Assembly (NCBI GenBank): GCA_965223545.1
Contig: OZ245006.1
Coordinates: 3,616,001-3,680,000, forward strand
DNA length: 64,000 bases
Reading direction: 5' to 3'
Source of the DNA: Planctomycetota bacterium
GTDB lineage: Bacteria; Planctomycetota; UBA1135; UBA2386
Both the position numbers and the translations under genes were made by a program. The notes under the pieces were generated by a model. It saw only the letters and a program-made list of their open reading frames with translations, was not told the DNA's origin and searched no databases. Positions within the stretch are counted from its first letter, which is position 1. Each line of letters opens with the position of its first letter. Shown piece by piece: positions 50,374 to 61,371 of the stretch.

Positions 50374-53300
50374 AGCCCCAGCCGCAGCTCGATCGCCGGC
50401 GAGGTGTCGAAGCCGAAGAACGGGTCATCGGAGGGGAACACGAGCGCCTGCACGCGCAGGTTGGCGCCGATGTAGCTCGACACCAGCGGGATCGGCAGCA
50501 CCGCGTTGTAGTTGGTGATCGCCGGCGCGGAGCCGAACTGCAAGAACGTGCCCAAGTCGAGCTGCAGGGTGCAGCCACCCTGCAGCGGGGCCGGCAGCAG
50601 CGGCCGGGTGCTGATGTAGAACAGCGCCGTCGTGCCGGGCAGGTTGCCGGAGCCGGAGCCGTCGAACTGGACGTTGCCGCCGATGTGCGGCGCAGTCGCA
50701 TACAGATCGGGGCGGCGGTCGTAGCCGCCGCAGCCGGTGCCGAAGCGGCGGGCGACCGCGTCGGCGGGCAACGACCACGGCTCGGTGCCGGTGACCCCGT
50801 CGTCGGCGTTGAAGACCATGCTGTGCTGCGCCACGCCAAAGCGCGCGTCGCCACTCGACGACGACGCCGGCCCCGGCGCCAGGTCGGCAATGCGGTGCGG
50901 GTTCTGCAGGAACAGCGTCTCGACGATCCACGGCTCGCGGCCGACACCCGGTTCGTCGGCGGTGAAGTAGAGATCATCGGAGCTGAAGAACAGCCCGCGC
51001 GGCGACGACGAACCCGGGCCCGGCACGAGATCGAGCAGGGTCGGCGCGCCGAGGCTCGCCCACCAGAGCTCCTCGCCGGCGACGCCGTCATCGGCGACGA
51101 ACGCGACCCGGTCGATGTGCAGCCGGGTGATCTCGCGCGGGTCGGAGCCGAGCGGACCCGGGCGCAGGTCGGCGATCTGGACCGTACCGGGCGCGGTGCC
51201 GTTGGAGCGCCACAGCTCGAGCCCGGTGGCACCGTCGTCCGCGGCGAAGTACAGCCTGGGGCCGGTGGTCACCATCTCGCCCGGGATGCCGTCGGCGCCG
51301 CCCGGGTTGATGTCGCGCACCAGCTGCGTCCCACTGGGGAAGCCACCGGAAGTCCACAGCTCGCGGCCGGCCGTGCCGTCGTCGGCGGTGAAGTAGAGGA
51401 CGTTGCGATAGCCGATGAGCGTGCGCGGGGCCGAGCCCTGCGGCCCCGGTCGCAGATCACCCAAGAACAGCAACGCCGGCGAAAAGCGCGGCGCGCGCCA
51501 GTGCAGCACCCAGAGCTCTTCGCCGTTGGTACCGTCGTCCGCGGTGAAGAACAGGTTGTTGCCGACGACGGTGAAGTGCGCGGGATTGGACGATCCCGGC
51601 CCGGGGTTGATGTCGTAGAGCTGCTGGTTGAAGTAGAACTCGCGGCCGTTGGTGCCGTCGTCCGCCGAGTAGGCGATGTTGCGGCCGACCGGCGTCAAGT
51701 GCTGCGGGTCCGAGGATCCCGGCCCCGGATTGACGTCCGCGTAGAGCGCGAACCCAGTCCCCGCGGCCGACGCGGTCCACAGCTCCAGCCCGGCGGCGCC
51801 GGTGTTGGCAAAGAACGCCCGCCAATCGGCGGTGAACACCACCTCGTCGATCGGTGAGCTGCCAAGGAAGGAGAGGTTTGCGAGCAGCGCGGTCCCCGCC
51901 GCGGTGCCGTCGGTGCGCCAGAGCTCGCGCCCGGTCGCCGGTTCGGTCGCCATGAACCACAGGTCCCCGGTCGGCGTCTCCCAGTAGGGACCGGGGTCGG
52001 AGCCGGGGTCTGCACCTTGCGCCAGGTCGGCCAGCACGCTGCTGGTACCGCCCTCGCGGTAGACGTGCGGCTCGATGCCGAGCGGGTCGACACCACGCGC
52101 GGCGAACAACACGGTCTCCGCCCCCGGAGTCGTCGACATCACCACGGCGTGGTCGGGATTCGACGAGGTCAGCAGACCGAGCCCGGGCCGCACGTCGTAG
52201 ACCAGCTGCGCGGTCAGTCCGTCCGTGCGCCACAGCTCGCGCCCGGTCGCACCGAGGCCGGTGTCGGCGCTGAAGTAGACGTGCGCGTCGCTCTGCGCCA
52301 AGAAGCGCGGCGCGCTGCTGCCGCTGGTGTGGATGTCGGCAAGCGGCGCGACGCTGAACAAATCGAGCCGATACGGCTCGTCACCGGTCACTCCGTCGTC
52401 CGCGACGAACAGGATCGGCTGGTTGAACGGATCGAGGGCCGCCGCGGAATACAACCCGTGCGGGTCGGCGCTCGCCGCCCCCGGCGCCAAATCCGTCAGC
52501 TGGAACACCTGCCCCGAGAACGCATCCGTCATCCACAACTCGCGACCGCTGCGGCTCGTGGTCGCGGCAAACACCACGGTGTTGCCGCGCGCCGTCAGCT
52601 CGTCGGGATCGGCACCGACACTCCCCACCTCCAGATCGACCGCCAGCCCGTAGCTCGGCGTGCCGCCACCGAACGGCTCGAACCACGAGTACAGCTCGAC
52701 CCCCGCCACCGGATCATCGGCGACGAACCAAACGGTGACCCCCTGCGAGAAGAACGACGGAACCAGCGGCCCGTGGTGCGCCAAGCGCCGCGCGACCACC
52801 CCGTCCAAGGGACCGGCCGCAACGTCGGTGAGCCGCTCCGCCCCCCCGACGCTGGCGCGCCAAAGCTCGCGTCCGTGCGTGCTGGTCCACGCCGAGAAGA
52901 ACGTGCGGATCTCGGGCCTGCCGGTCACCACGTCGAACCACTCGACGACGTGCAGATCACGCGGACTCGACGACCCCGGCCCGACCTCGATGTCCTGCAC
53001 CCTCGCCGTGCCCGCGGCCGTCCCGTTCGTGCGCCACAGCTCGACGTCACCGCTCGCGAGATCGCGCGCCGAGAACAGCACGGTGCTCCGGTTCTGCGCC
53101 CAGTTATCCGGATACGACACGGGCTCGATCGCGGCCAACGACACGGTGCCAACCGCAGTCCCGTCGGTCGCCCAAAACCGGTTGTCCGCGAAGAACACCA
53201 CCCGGCCGTTCACCGACAGCAGCTTCTCCACATCCGACGAAGCAGCTCCCGGCACGATGTCGACGAGCAGCTGCGTGCCCGCGGCCGTGCCATCCGTCGA

Positions 53301-53486
53301 CCAGAGCTCGCGACCCGCGCTGGGAGTGCGCGCACTGAACAACCACTGGTTGCCGAGCGCGGTGAACTCGCGCGGATCGGAGCCCACCGGTGTGCTCGGG
53401 GTGTTGATGTTGGCAAGGCGAGTCGGCGTTTGCGAACCGGCGACGCCGGTGGCGAACGCCACAGCGAGGGGCAGGAGGGTGCGCAT
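50370..53486 (-). CDS. Secreted ELWxxDGT-repeat protein with shared C-terminal domain
   Basis: GRELWSTDGTAAGT repeats. Signal MRTLLPLAVAFATGVAGSQ. Confidence 0.92.
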
Positions 53487-53705
53487 GGTTGGGGCCTTTC
53501 TCTGCGCTTGGAGGTGTGGGGGCAAGCGTAGGGGAGGTTGGGGTGGAGGGCAGGAGTTGTTCGGGCGTGACGGTGGAGCGGAAGGGGCGCGGGCTTGGGG
53601 GTCGCCACAAGGAACGAAGGGTGCGCATGAGGAGCGCCAACAACCTGCTCCCGGTTCGGCGCCAGCAAGTTGCGGGCCCGACAATCTGTCGATAGTGTTG
53701 GACGA

Positions 53706-54164
53706 ATGAGGACAGGTGGATTCCCAGGCCAAGCGGAGGCCCTTCGCGCAAGGCTCGAGCAGGTCAAGAACGATGGGCGCCGAATGGCGACGCGGCGGAT
53801 GTTTGGCGGGCTCCTGGTTGGAGCTGTCGCCGGTGTCGCAAGCACCTACACTCTCGTTGGCAACCCGGCGCACGTCGAAGCAAGCAGTTTGGACTCGTCA
53901 CCGCATTGGGCACGCGAACTGGCAACTGGCCCTTTCGAACGATTACTGCGCTCGCAAGTCACCTTCGTCGCCACCGTCATGCAAAGTCCGCAGCCCGACC
54001 CAGCTCTGTGGACCGGAGTTTCCCGCCTGGTGCACTGCGCGGCGGAAGGCGATCCACGAGTCAAGCCTGGTGTGCGCGTCGCGATCAGCAGTTTGCTAGA
54101 TCGGCCCGACCTCCCTGCTCACATGCGGCCATGGCGGACCCTCCACTTGAACGGTGAGAAATAG
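53706..54164 (+). CDS. Hypothetical protein with one hydrophobic helix
   Basis: ORF overlaps the next gene's start. MFGGLLVGAVAGVASTYTLV segment. Confidence 0.5.
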   Translation: MRTGGFPGQAEALRARLEQVKNDGRRMATRRMFGGLLVGAVAGVASTYTLVGNPAHVEASSLDSSPHWARELATGPFERLLRSQVTFVATVMQSPQPDPALWTGVSRLVHCAAEGDPRVKPGVRVAISSLLDRPDLPAHMRPWRTLHLNGEK

Positions 54165-54423
54165 CGAAGTGGCCCCCGCTGGCGAGCTGACCATTCAACC
54201 GAATCCGGTGACGGAAGGGTCGGACGTCCAGATCGAATACCAGGGCCCCGGACCATTGCTTGTTTCCGTCGATGGACAGGACTGGGAAGAGGTCCCACTC
54301 GACGACCAGGGTCAAGGTTCATTCACTGCGCCGAGCGGCACGAGCGTCTTGCTGTTCTCGGATCATGATCTCCCTGATCCCTCAGAGGACGCCGTTGTCG
54401 TGGTTAGCACGAGCTCACCGTAG
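54154..54423 (+). CDS. Small acidic Ig-like hypothetical protein
   Basis: LTIQPNPVTEGSDVQIEY. Its stop abuts the AGGAG RBS of the next gene. Confidence 0.55.
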   Translation: MRNSEVAPAGELTIQPNPVTEGSDVQIEYQGPGPLLVSVDGQDWEEVPLDDQGQGSFTAPSGTSVLLFSDHDLPDPSEDAVVVVSTSSP

Positions 54424-54433
54424 GAGACCCACT

Positions 54434-55552
54434 ATGCGCACTTCGATTGCACCGTTTGCCGCCCTCATCAGCGCAACCGCGATCCTCAGCGGAACGTCGG
54501 TCGGGCAGAGCATCGTCACGGTTCCGGCGGGCCTCGATCAGCGGGAGGGCAACTCGCGCGGGTTGGTGCCCGGCTTCAACGCACACTGGCGACAGCAGGT
54601 ACTGCTCGACGCGAGCCTGCTGTCCACGATCGCGGGACAGCCCGTGCAGGCGCTGTGGCTGCGGCGCGACCACGAGCTCGGGATTGCGTATCCGGCGGGA
54701 CGCGCCCGGGTGCGGTTGTCGATCTCGACGGCGCAGCGCGGCGTGGCGAATCCCTCACGCAACTTTGCCGACAACCGCGGCACGCCCACCGTCGTGTTCG
54801 ACGGCGAGCTCGCGCTCCCGGCGGTCACGGCGCCCACAGGAGCAGCGCCATGGGCCACGCCGTCGGCTGTACGGGTGCCGTTTTCGACCCCGTTCGTGCA
54901 CGGCAGTGGCGACTTGTGCATCGAGATCGAAGGCACGCCGGTCGTAACGCCCGCCGCCTGGTCCGTCGACTACGAGCACCGCGCGGTCGGCGCGACGGTC
55001 TCTCCCCGCGGCACACCCTGCGGCGGGCCCAGCAACCACTTTCGCAACACCGCGCTCGCCTGGGGGCGCCATCTCGTGCCGGGATCGACGGGGATTCTGG
55101 TCTCCTTCGGACAACCCAGCACGCCCGCGATCGTCGTGCTCGGCGCAGCCCCAATCGACCCCGGTGTCCCGCTCGATGGGATTGGCGCCACGGGTTGCAA
55201 GGTGTACGTGCGCCCCGACATCGCGGTGCCCACCGCCTACGGTGCGCTGACGGGTCCAACCCCGTTTGCACCCCTGCGCTTCGAGCTTGAGCTACCCGCT
55301 AGCACCACCCTGCTCGGCAAGACCTTTCACGCGCAGTGGGTCAACCTCGAGACCGGTCCGGCGCGCAGCAATCCCGCGGGCCTGACCACCACCAACGCGC
55401 TCGACATCACGATGGCCGCCACACCGCCACCGGTAATGATGTCCACAGTCTCCTCGCGCCAAGTCGACCCCAGCCTGCCATGGCCGGACGAGGGCCGCAT
55501 CCAAGTCGCGCGCGGCCCGGTGCTTGGCTTCGAGCTGCAGTCCACACGCTGA
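54434..55552 (+). CDS. Secreted hypothetical protein with shared C-terminal domain
   Basis: AGGAG RBS. Signal ending SVGQ. WRQQVL...LWLRRD...PFSTPFV. GTPC...GATGCKVYVRP...LLGKTFHAQW...NPAGLTTTNAL. Confidence 0.8.
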   Translation: MRTSIAPFAALISATAILSGTSVGQSIVTVPAGLDQREGNSRGLVPGFNAHWRQQVLLDASLLSTIAGQPVQALWLRRDHELGIAYPAGRARVRLSISTAQRGVANPSRNFADNRGTPTVVFDGELALPAVTAPTGAAPWATPSAVRVPFSTPFVHGSGDLCIEIEGTPVVTPAAWSVDYEHRAVGATVSPRGTPCGGPSNHFRNTALAWGRHLVPGSTGILVSFGQPSTPAIVVLGAAPIDPGVPLDGIGATGCKVYVRPDIAVPTAYGALTGPTPFAPLRFELELPASTTLLGKTFHAQWVNLETGPARSNPAGLTTTNALDITMAATPPPVMMSTVSSRQVDPSLPWPDEGRIQVARGPVLGFELQSTR

Positions 55553-55561
55553 CCCGAGCAC

Positions 55562-55927
55562 ATGCGACTGTTGTCCATCAAGTCCTCGTTGATGGCGTTG
55601 GGTGCCTTGCATCTGCCTGTGTGCGGTCAAGGTGTCTCGTGGGACCCCGTTCCGTCCGGTCCGGTACCGTGGAGTCGGAACCACCAGCTCGCCAATTCCG
55701 ATCAACCGCCACTCTCGCTGGCAAGAAGCCGGATCTGGCCCGGCCCGTCACAGGTCGGCAGGACGAAAACGGGTTCTCGCGCACGCGCATCGACGGAACG
55801 GCGGAGCACTACGATGCTCAGGGCCGCCTCAGCAGCGTCACCGACCGCAACGGCAACCGCACGAGCTCGTACAACGCGCGTGGCACCGTCGAGAGCATCA
55901 CCGATCCGGCTCAGCGGGTGACCCGCG
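55562..55927 (+). pseudogene. RHS/YD-repeat protein remnant
   Basis: Signal-like start MRLLSIKSSLMALGAL. In another frame DGTAEHYDAQGRLSSVTDRNGNRTSSYNARGTVESITDPAQRVT. Confidence 0.75.
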
Positions 55928-56074
55928 TTGGCCGAGGCTGCGGAAAAGAAATGGCGTCGCCTCAACGGCGCGGAATTCGTCCCCGCAGTGGTAGACGGCG
56001 TCAGTGCAAAGATGGAATCAGGGTTGAGGACGCCGCGTGATCAATTCACCATCCACAGCTATCGACAATATCTC
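55928..56074 (+). mobile_element. IS256-family right-end remnant
   Basis: AEKKWRRLNGAEFVPAVVDGV / KDGI is a typical IS256 transposase C-terminus. Followed by IR-like CACAGCTATCGACAATATCTC. Confidence 0.7.
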
Positions 56075-56265
56075 TACAACACGCGCGGAGAAGGTAACAA
56101 GGTGGTTGAATCGAGCACTCGGGCGGAGCTGCAACCAAGTTGCAGCACTCCTCGCCGCTGTCTCGGGAAAACCTCTCAACCGCCCTTCGCAGCATCACAG
56201 CCCCGGACGGCGGTGTCCGCCTTGACAGAGGGGTGGATCATGACTCTGGCCATTTTGGGCAAGCG

Positions 56266-56661
56266 ATGTACCGATTGGAAATCCGACGATTCGACACACA
56301 GTTGGCCAGCGATGACTTCTCCGTCGACTCTTCAGCAGCTGCAGCTCAGCAGGTACAGCGACTGCGAGATGACGACTTGTTCCTGCGGGTCGCCTGGATC
56401 GAGGGTCCGCTCGACCATGGTAACTTCCTTATCTGGTGTCGGGGAACACGGGCCTACGTGCGTCTGGATGAACATCGAGAACACTTCGCTTCACATCCGG
56501 GTAGCGCACAATCAACAGGTGAGGCGGTGGAGTTCCGCGATGATGACGGCTCGGCCTTTAAGGTGGAGGCCGGCAGAACCGTCTCCCGCGAGCAGGCGTT
56601 TCAGGCACTAAAGCACTGGTTGCAGACCGGCAGAAAGCTCGACGCACTGACATGGTCGTAG
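56266..56661 (+). CDS. Imm1-like immunity protein
   Basis: C-terminal VEF...TVSREQAFQALKHWLQTGRKLDALTW pattern. Lies downstream of the RHS remnant. Confidence 0.6.
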   Translation: MYRLEIRRFDTQLASDDFSVDSSAAAAQQVQRLRDDDLFLRVAWIEGPLDHGNFLIWCRGTRAYVRLDEHREHFASHPGSAQSTGEAVEFRDDDGSAFKVEAGRTVSREQAFQALKHWLQTGRKLDALTWS

Positions 56662-56693
56662 GCAACTACTTCCAAGGCAGCGAAATGACTTGC

Positions 56694-56918
56694 TGAACCG
56701 CCCCGGGTTTTCCGGAGACTTGGCTATGTGAGTCCAGCCACGGCGACTGGTTCACCTGTTGACGATAGTAGGCCGCCTCGAACTCTGCAGGAGGGACATC
56801 TCCCAGAGGTCCGAGGAGGCGACGATTGTTGAACCAGTCGACCCAGCCGCCCGTGGCGAACCCCACATCCTCGACGCCTTTCCATGGCCCGCGCCGAACG
56901 GATGACCTCTGTCTTGAG
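56694..56918 (-). mobile_element. IS3-family remnant (3' part and terminal IR)
   Basis: IR TGAACCGCCCCGGGTTTTCCGGAGAC (56694-56719, IS6110/IS51-like). KTEVIR...WVDWFNNRRLLGPLGDVPPAEFEAAYY. Confidence 0.88.
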
Positions 56919-57002
56919 GGGTCTTCAGGAATTCGTGTGGGTAGACGGTGACTCCCTCTTCCTCAGGATCAAGAGCTGACGGGCGCTCACCCTTCGCTCC
57001 GC

Positions 57003-59035
57003 GCCGAGTAGCCGCGGGGGGTTGCCCCCCCGCAGCTCTCACAGAACCGGACTTGTGGGTCACACATCCGGCTCTTCAGGACGGTATCCCCCAAAGGGGC
57101 CGCCAGTCGTAGCGGCGCTCGTCCCAGAGCTTGGAAAGCGACACCAGCCGCTCAGCAAACCACTGATTGGGATAAGCGCGTTTGATCGCTCCCGAGTTGC
57201 TCTGCCACCACGTGCCACGCCGGCCAAACGCGGTGCGTGCAGCCGACTGCCAGCTGCACCCACGGGCGACAAGGTCTCGGAAGAGGTATCGCGGTCTCTT
57301 CTTCTGCCGAATGATGATCGCCCGCAGGCGTCGTCGAATATGGCCATCGAGATTCCGCAAGGTCCGCCACGCGGCCTTCGTGATCAGCTTGAAGTAGCCG
57401 ATCCAACCACGGAGGTAACGGTTCAGTCGTTCGATGCACCAGGACAGCCGACCACCCCAGGACCGCGGCGTAAGCTCACGGATTCGGGCGTCGATGCGAT
57501 CCAGAGTGCGACGGGACAACTGCACCGTCAGCCAGCCCTTTCGAGTTGCGCCTACGCGAAACCCGAGGAAGTGCCGGCGATGGGCCAGGTCGACGGAACT
57601 CTTCGCTTCGTTCACTTTCAGTCGCACGCGACGTTCGATGAACCTGCGAATCGAAGCCATGACCCGGTGTCCTGAGCGCTCGCTACCGACGTAGATATTG
57701 CAGTCGTCGGCGTAGCGCACAAAACGCAACCCGCGTCGTTCCAACTCCCAGTCCAGTTCGTCCAGGACGATGTTGGACAGCAGAGGTGATAGCGGGCCGC
57801 CCTGGGGCGTTCCTTCTTCCGTGATGACGCGGGTGCCATCTGGAAGAACCACGTTCGCTTTCAGCATCAGGCGGATGATCCGCAGCACCCGACGGTCCTT
57901 CACCTTCTGAGCCAGCCGGTCCAGGAGGCGTTGGTGATGGACACGGTCGAAGAACTTCTCCAAATCGATGTCCACCGTGTACCGCCGACCCTGCTTCACG
58001 TAACCCGCTGCTTCGGCGATCGCTGTGTGGGCTCCCCGCCTCGGCCGGAAGCCGTGGCTGCTGTCGTGGAACGTCGGGTCGTAGATCGGCTCCAGAATCT
58101 GGCGCACGGCCTGTTGGACCCAGCGGTCGATCACGGTTGGAATCCCGAGACCCCGCTGCCCACCACTGGGCTTCGGGATCCACACCCGACGAATATCGCC
58201 GGGCGCGTAGGTCTCCATGAGCAGAGCATCGCGGAGTTTCGGGAGCAGGTGTTTCGCATGACGCTTGACCTCTGACACCGTCTGTCCGTCGACGCCCGGG
58301 GCGCCCTTCTTGCTTACGACATGTGCCAGTGCGCTTCGCAGGTTGCCCTGCTCCGCGACCAGCTCCAGCAGATGGCAGTAGCCGTCCGCTGGCGGTGGAG
58401 CCGATTCCGATCGATGGCTGCAATCCGTCGTAGGCACCGACGTGGACTTCGTGGCAGATTCGTCTGCCCTTCCGGCCACGCCGTCCCCTTGCGGGCTCTC
58501 GGCGAAAGCGAACTGCAGTTGCCGTGGTTTCGGCTTTCTCATCCTGTCACCCCCTTCGCTCCACCGGCATTACCCGGCTTCATCACTACTACGGGGTGAT
58601 CCGACTTCGCTGCATGCCTTGGTGGGTCGTCGTTGCCTCCTCCCCACCTACCGCTCGAAGCGGACACACAGAGATCTCCCTGGGTAAGAACGCAGAGTTT
58701 CGCGCCGCCGCCGGTTCCAGTACTCCGAGGTCGCGACTGGATATCGGGCGTCACGTTGGATGGCACGCTGACCCAGACCTCGAGAGCCTTACGGAACTTC
58801 GCTTTCGCTCGGTGCTGCGCTGCGTCTAGGGCTTCCATCCCACACGACCTCGCGGGAACAGCACGGCACGGTGTCCGTCCTGTTCTGGCATCCCGGATCA
58901 ACACCGCGCACCGCCCTCTCGGACGGCACACGGCTCCCCTTTCTGCCTCGTGCAGCTGCCTTCGACTCATGGTTTCCTCCAGTACGGATCCATAAAGAAC
59001 TTTCATCTTCAACTCTGCGCCCATGCCAGGCGCAA
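57003..59035 (-). ncRNA. Group II intron
   Basis: 5' end TTGCGCCTGGCATGGGCGCA. Domain V GAGCCGGATGTGTGACCCACAAGTCCGGTTC. Domain VI GAGAGCTGCGGGGGGCAACCCCCCGCGGCTACTC with bulged A. Ends uncertain by a few nt. Confidence 0.88.
57076..58542 (-). CDS. ltrA: Group II intron reverse transcriptase/maturase (no endonuclease domain)
   Basis: GAPGVDG, RGLGIPTVIDR, SHGFRP, DLEKFFD, GTPQGGPLSPLLSNI, RYADD, FLGF, LRGWIGYF. Confidence 0.97.
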   Translation of the reverse strand: MRKPKPRQLQFAFAESPQGDGVAGRADESATKSTSVPTTDCSHRSESAPPPADGYCHLLELVAEQGNLRSALAHVVSKKGAPGVDGQTVSEVKRHAKHLLPKLRDALLMETYAPGDIRRVWIPKPSGGQRGLGIPTVIDRWVQQAVRQILEPIYDPTFHDSSHGFRPRRGAHTAIAEAAGYVKQGRRYTVDIDLEKFFDRVHHQRLLDRLAQKVKDRRVLRIIRLMLKANVVLPDGTRVITEEGTPQGGPLSPLLSNIVLDELDWELERRGLRFVRYADDCNIYVGSERSGHRVMASIRRFIERRVRLKVNEAKSSVDLAHRRHFLGFRVGATRKGWLTVQLSRRTLDRIDARIRELTPRSWGGRLSWCIERLNRYLRGWIGYFKLITKAAWRTLRNLDGHIRRRLRAIIIRQKKRPRYLFRDLVARGCSWQSAARTAFGRRGTWWQSNSGAIKRAYPNQWFAERLVSLSKLWDERRYDWRPLWGIPS

Positions 59036-59138
59036 CACCCTCGGCGCCGGCCTTGGAGGGTGCGACCGACGCCGAGGGTGACGGAGCTGCGGGTGAGCGA
59101 GGAGCGATGCTGGTGGCGTGCGCCGGTAGATTGCACGG

Positions 59139-60382
59139 ATGCGCGACCGTGATCTCTACGCCACGATTCTTGGGCTGAAGGCACCGTGGAAGGTGACCGA
59201 CGTCGACTTGGACCCGAAGCTCGAGCTGGTCGCGGTGAAGGTCGAGGCAGGCAATCGGTCTGTGCTGATCTGCCCGGAATGCGGCAAGGACTGCCCGGGG
59301 TATGACACGCGGCATCGCCGCTGGCGCCACCTCGACACCTGTCAGTACCAGACCATCCTCGAAGCGGAGGTGCCGCGGGTGGAATGCGCGGAACACGGCG
59401 TCCGACAGATCGACGTTCCGTGGGCAGCTCCTGGCTCTCCCTTCACGGCGCTCTACGAGGCTCTGATCATCGACTGGCTGAAGGAGGCCACGATCTCGGC
59501 GGTCGCTCGACGGCTCGATCTGACCTGGGACGAAGTCGATGGCGTGATGAAACGGGCGGTCGACCGTGGCCTCGCACGGCGCGAGAAGCGCGACCTCATC
59601 GCCATTGCCGTCGACGAGACCTCGTTCCAGAAGCGGCACGAGTACGTCACGGTCGTCACGGATCTCACGACCTCCGATGTCATCTATGTCGCGGACCACC
59701 GCCGAAAGTCGTCCCTGGACGGCTTCTACAAGGCGGAAGGCGCAGAGCGGCTGGCCGGCCTCGAGATCGTCTCGATGGACATGAGCAAGTCCTACATCGC
59801 GTCGACCAGGGATTACGTCCCCGACGCCGATCGCAAGATCGCCTTCGATCGTTTCCATGTCTCCAAGGCTCTCGGCGATGCCTTGAACAAGGTCCGGTGC
59901 GACGAGCACAAGGCTCTGTCGGCAATGGGCGACATGACCCTCACGCGAACCAAGCACCTCCTGCTGCGACGCGGCGACTCGCTCGACGACCATCAGGAGG
60001 AGATCGTCGACATCCTGCGCCAGGCTGGCCTGAAGACCGCCAAGGCTTGGGCCATCAAGGAGGCCGCCACCAAGCTCTGGACATACCTCAGGCCCGGCAA
60101 CGCACGCAGAGCCTGGAAGAAGTGGATCGGCTGGGCCATGCGCAGTCGCATCGAACCGATGAAGCAAGCGCCCGGATGATCCGCGATCATCTCTGGGGCA
60201 TCGTCAACGCCGTGACCCAGGGCGTGTCCAACGCCCTCAGCGAGTCGATCAATGCCAAGATTCAGCGTGTCAAGAAGATGGCCTGCGGCTTCCGCAACCG
60301 CGACCGCTTTCGCAACGCCATCCTCTTCCATCTCGGCGGCCTCGACCTCTATCCAGCTTCAGCTACCCACACAGATTCCTGA
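59139..60382 (+). pseudogene. ISL3 transposase, frameshifted near 60170
   Basis: CPECG zinc finger, WRHLD, VDETS, SMDM, FDRFHV. C-terminal [13 protein letters not shown]...GFRN lies in another frame. Could be a sequencing error. Confidence 0.9.
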
Positions 60383-60388
60383 AGCGCC

Positions 60389-60465
60389 GTCTTGAGAGGG
60401 CGATCACCGTCTCGGCAAGGGCGTCGTCGTACGAGTCACCGGCACTGCCAACCGACGCGTCGTAT
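60389..60465 (-). mobile_element. IS3-family remnant (upstream part split off by ISL3)
   Basis: ASVGSAGDSYDDALAETVI, the integrase motif that normally directly precedes FKTEVI. Confidence 0.85.
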
Positions 60466-60769
60466 GTCGGCCTCATCGCCGGTCCCCAAGCCCTGGCGAT
60501 CGCAACCAGCAGCCCCTCCAGGAGCTCTTGGGCAAGACACCCGACGAACAACGAGTCGACGTGATCCGCGCTTTCGAGGAGTTGACTAAGATCGTTCGTG
60601 GCCGGGGTGACACCGCCCACCGGATCACGAGGTACGACCAGGCACACAGTGCGATCCGCCACGAGCTGCAGGGGTGGGGCTCGCATAGTCGCCCACGCCC
60701 GACACCTCGGTCAGCCTAGGAACCCGTGTCCGCGCAGTCGGACCCGGGCGGCTCGATCGAGCAGCAGCG

Positions 60770-61357
60770 CCCCACCGGCCACCGCAATCCCCTGCGGTCA
60801 CGGCCACGTGCGTGACCACGCCGCCGGCCTCGGCCTGCAGCGGGTTCTGCATCTTCATCGCCTCGAGCACGACCAGCACCTGGCCCTGCTCGACGACATC
60901 GCCCTCGGCGACCATCAGCTCGACGACCACGCCGGGCATGACGGCAACGATCTCCTGCGCCGCCGACTGACGCGCGCCAGAGACGTCGACCGCGGCGCGT
61001 TCGCGCTCGTCCAACACCTCGACCGGGGTGGCACGCCGCGGTACTGCACGACCAGCCTGCCGTCGACCGTCTCGATCACGCAGTCGTGCTCGGCACCGCG
61101 GAAGCGGGCAACGGCGGCGGCCAACGAGACCAGCTCGGCGGCGCGCTCGTCCATCGTCCGGTCCAGCCCGGCCGCGATGCCGGTGTCGTAGTCACCAGAG
61201 CGGAACGCCTCGCTGCGCAGCACGTCCAGCGCCACCGGCACCGAAGTGGCGACGCCGACGATACGCAGCTCGCGCAGCGCCCGCTCGGCGCGGGCGATCG
61301 CTTGCTCGCGGTCGGCGGCGTGTACGATCAGCTTGCCGAGCATGCTGTCGTAGTGCC
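60770..61357 (-). pseudogene. Biotin carboxylase C-terminus + biotin carboxyl carrier fragment
   Basis: HYDSMLGKLIVHAADREQAIAR and VLEAMKMQN biotinylation motif. Frameshifted and 5'-truncated. Confidence 0.85.
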
Positions 61358-61371
61358 CACGCACCGGCTGC

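Larger units (their letters stand above)
56919..60388 (+). mobile_element. ISL3-family insertion sequence carrying a group II intron
   Basis: 26-bp IRs GGGTCTTCAGGAATTCGTGTGGGTAG / GGCGCTTCAGGAATCTGTGTGGGTAG (22/26 identical). 8-bp target duplication GTCTTGAG at 56911-56918 and 60389-60396. Confidence 0.93.

Noticed and set aside
53490..53600. G-tract-rich leader as a possible G-quadruplex or riboswitch
   Set aside because: Irregular tracts with no recognisable RNA family. Not enough support.
57076..58542. RT as retron, DGR or CRISPR-associated RT
   Set aside because: Maturase domain and flanking domain V/VI RNA identify a group II intron. No template repeat, msr/msd or cas genes are seen.
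60165..60182. Programmed frameshift in the ISL3 transposase
   Set aside because: No slippery heptamer, and ISL3 normally has a single ORF. A 1-nt deletion (GCG GCC to GCG CC) explains it.
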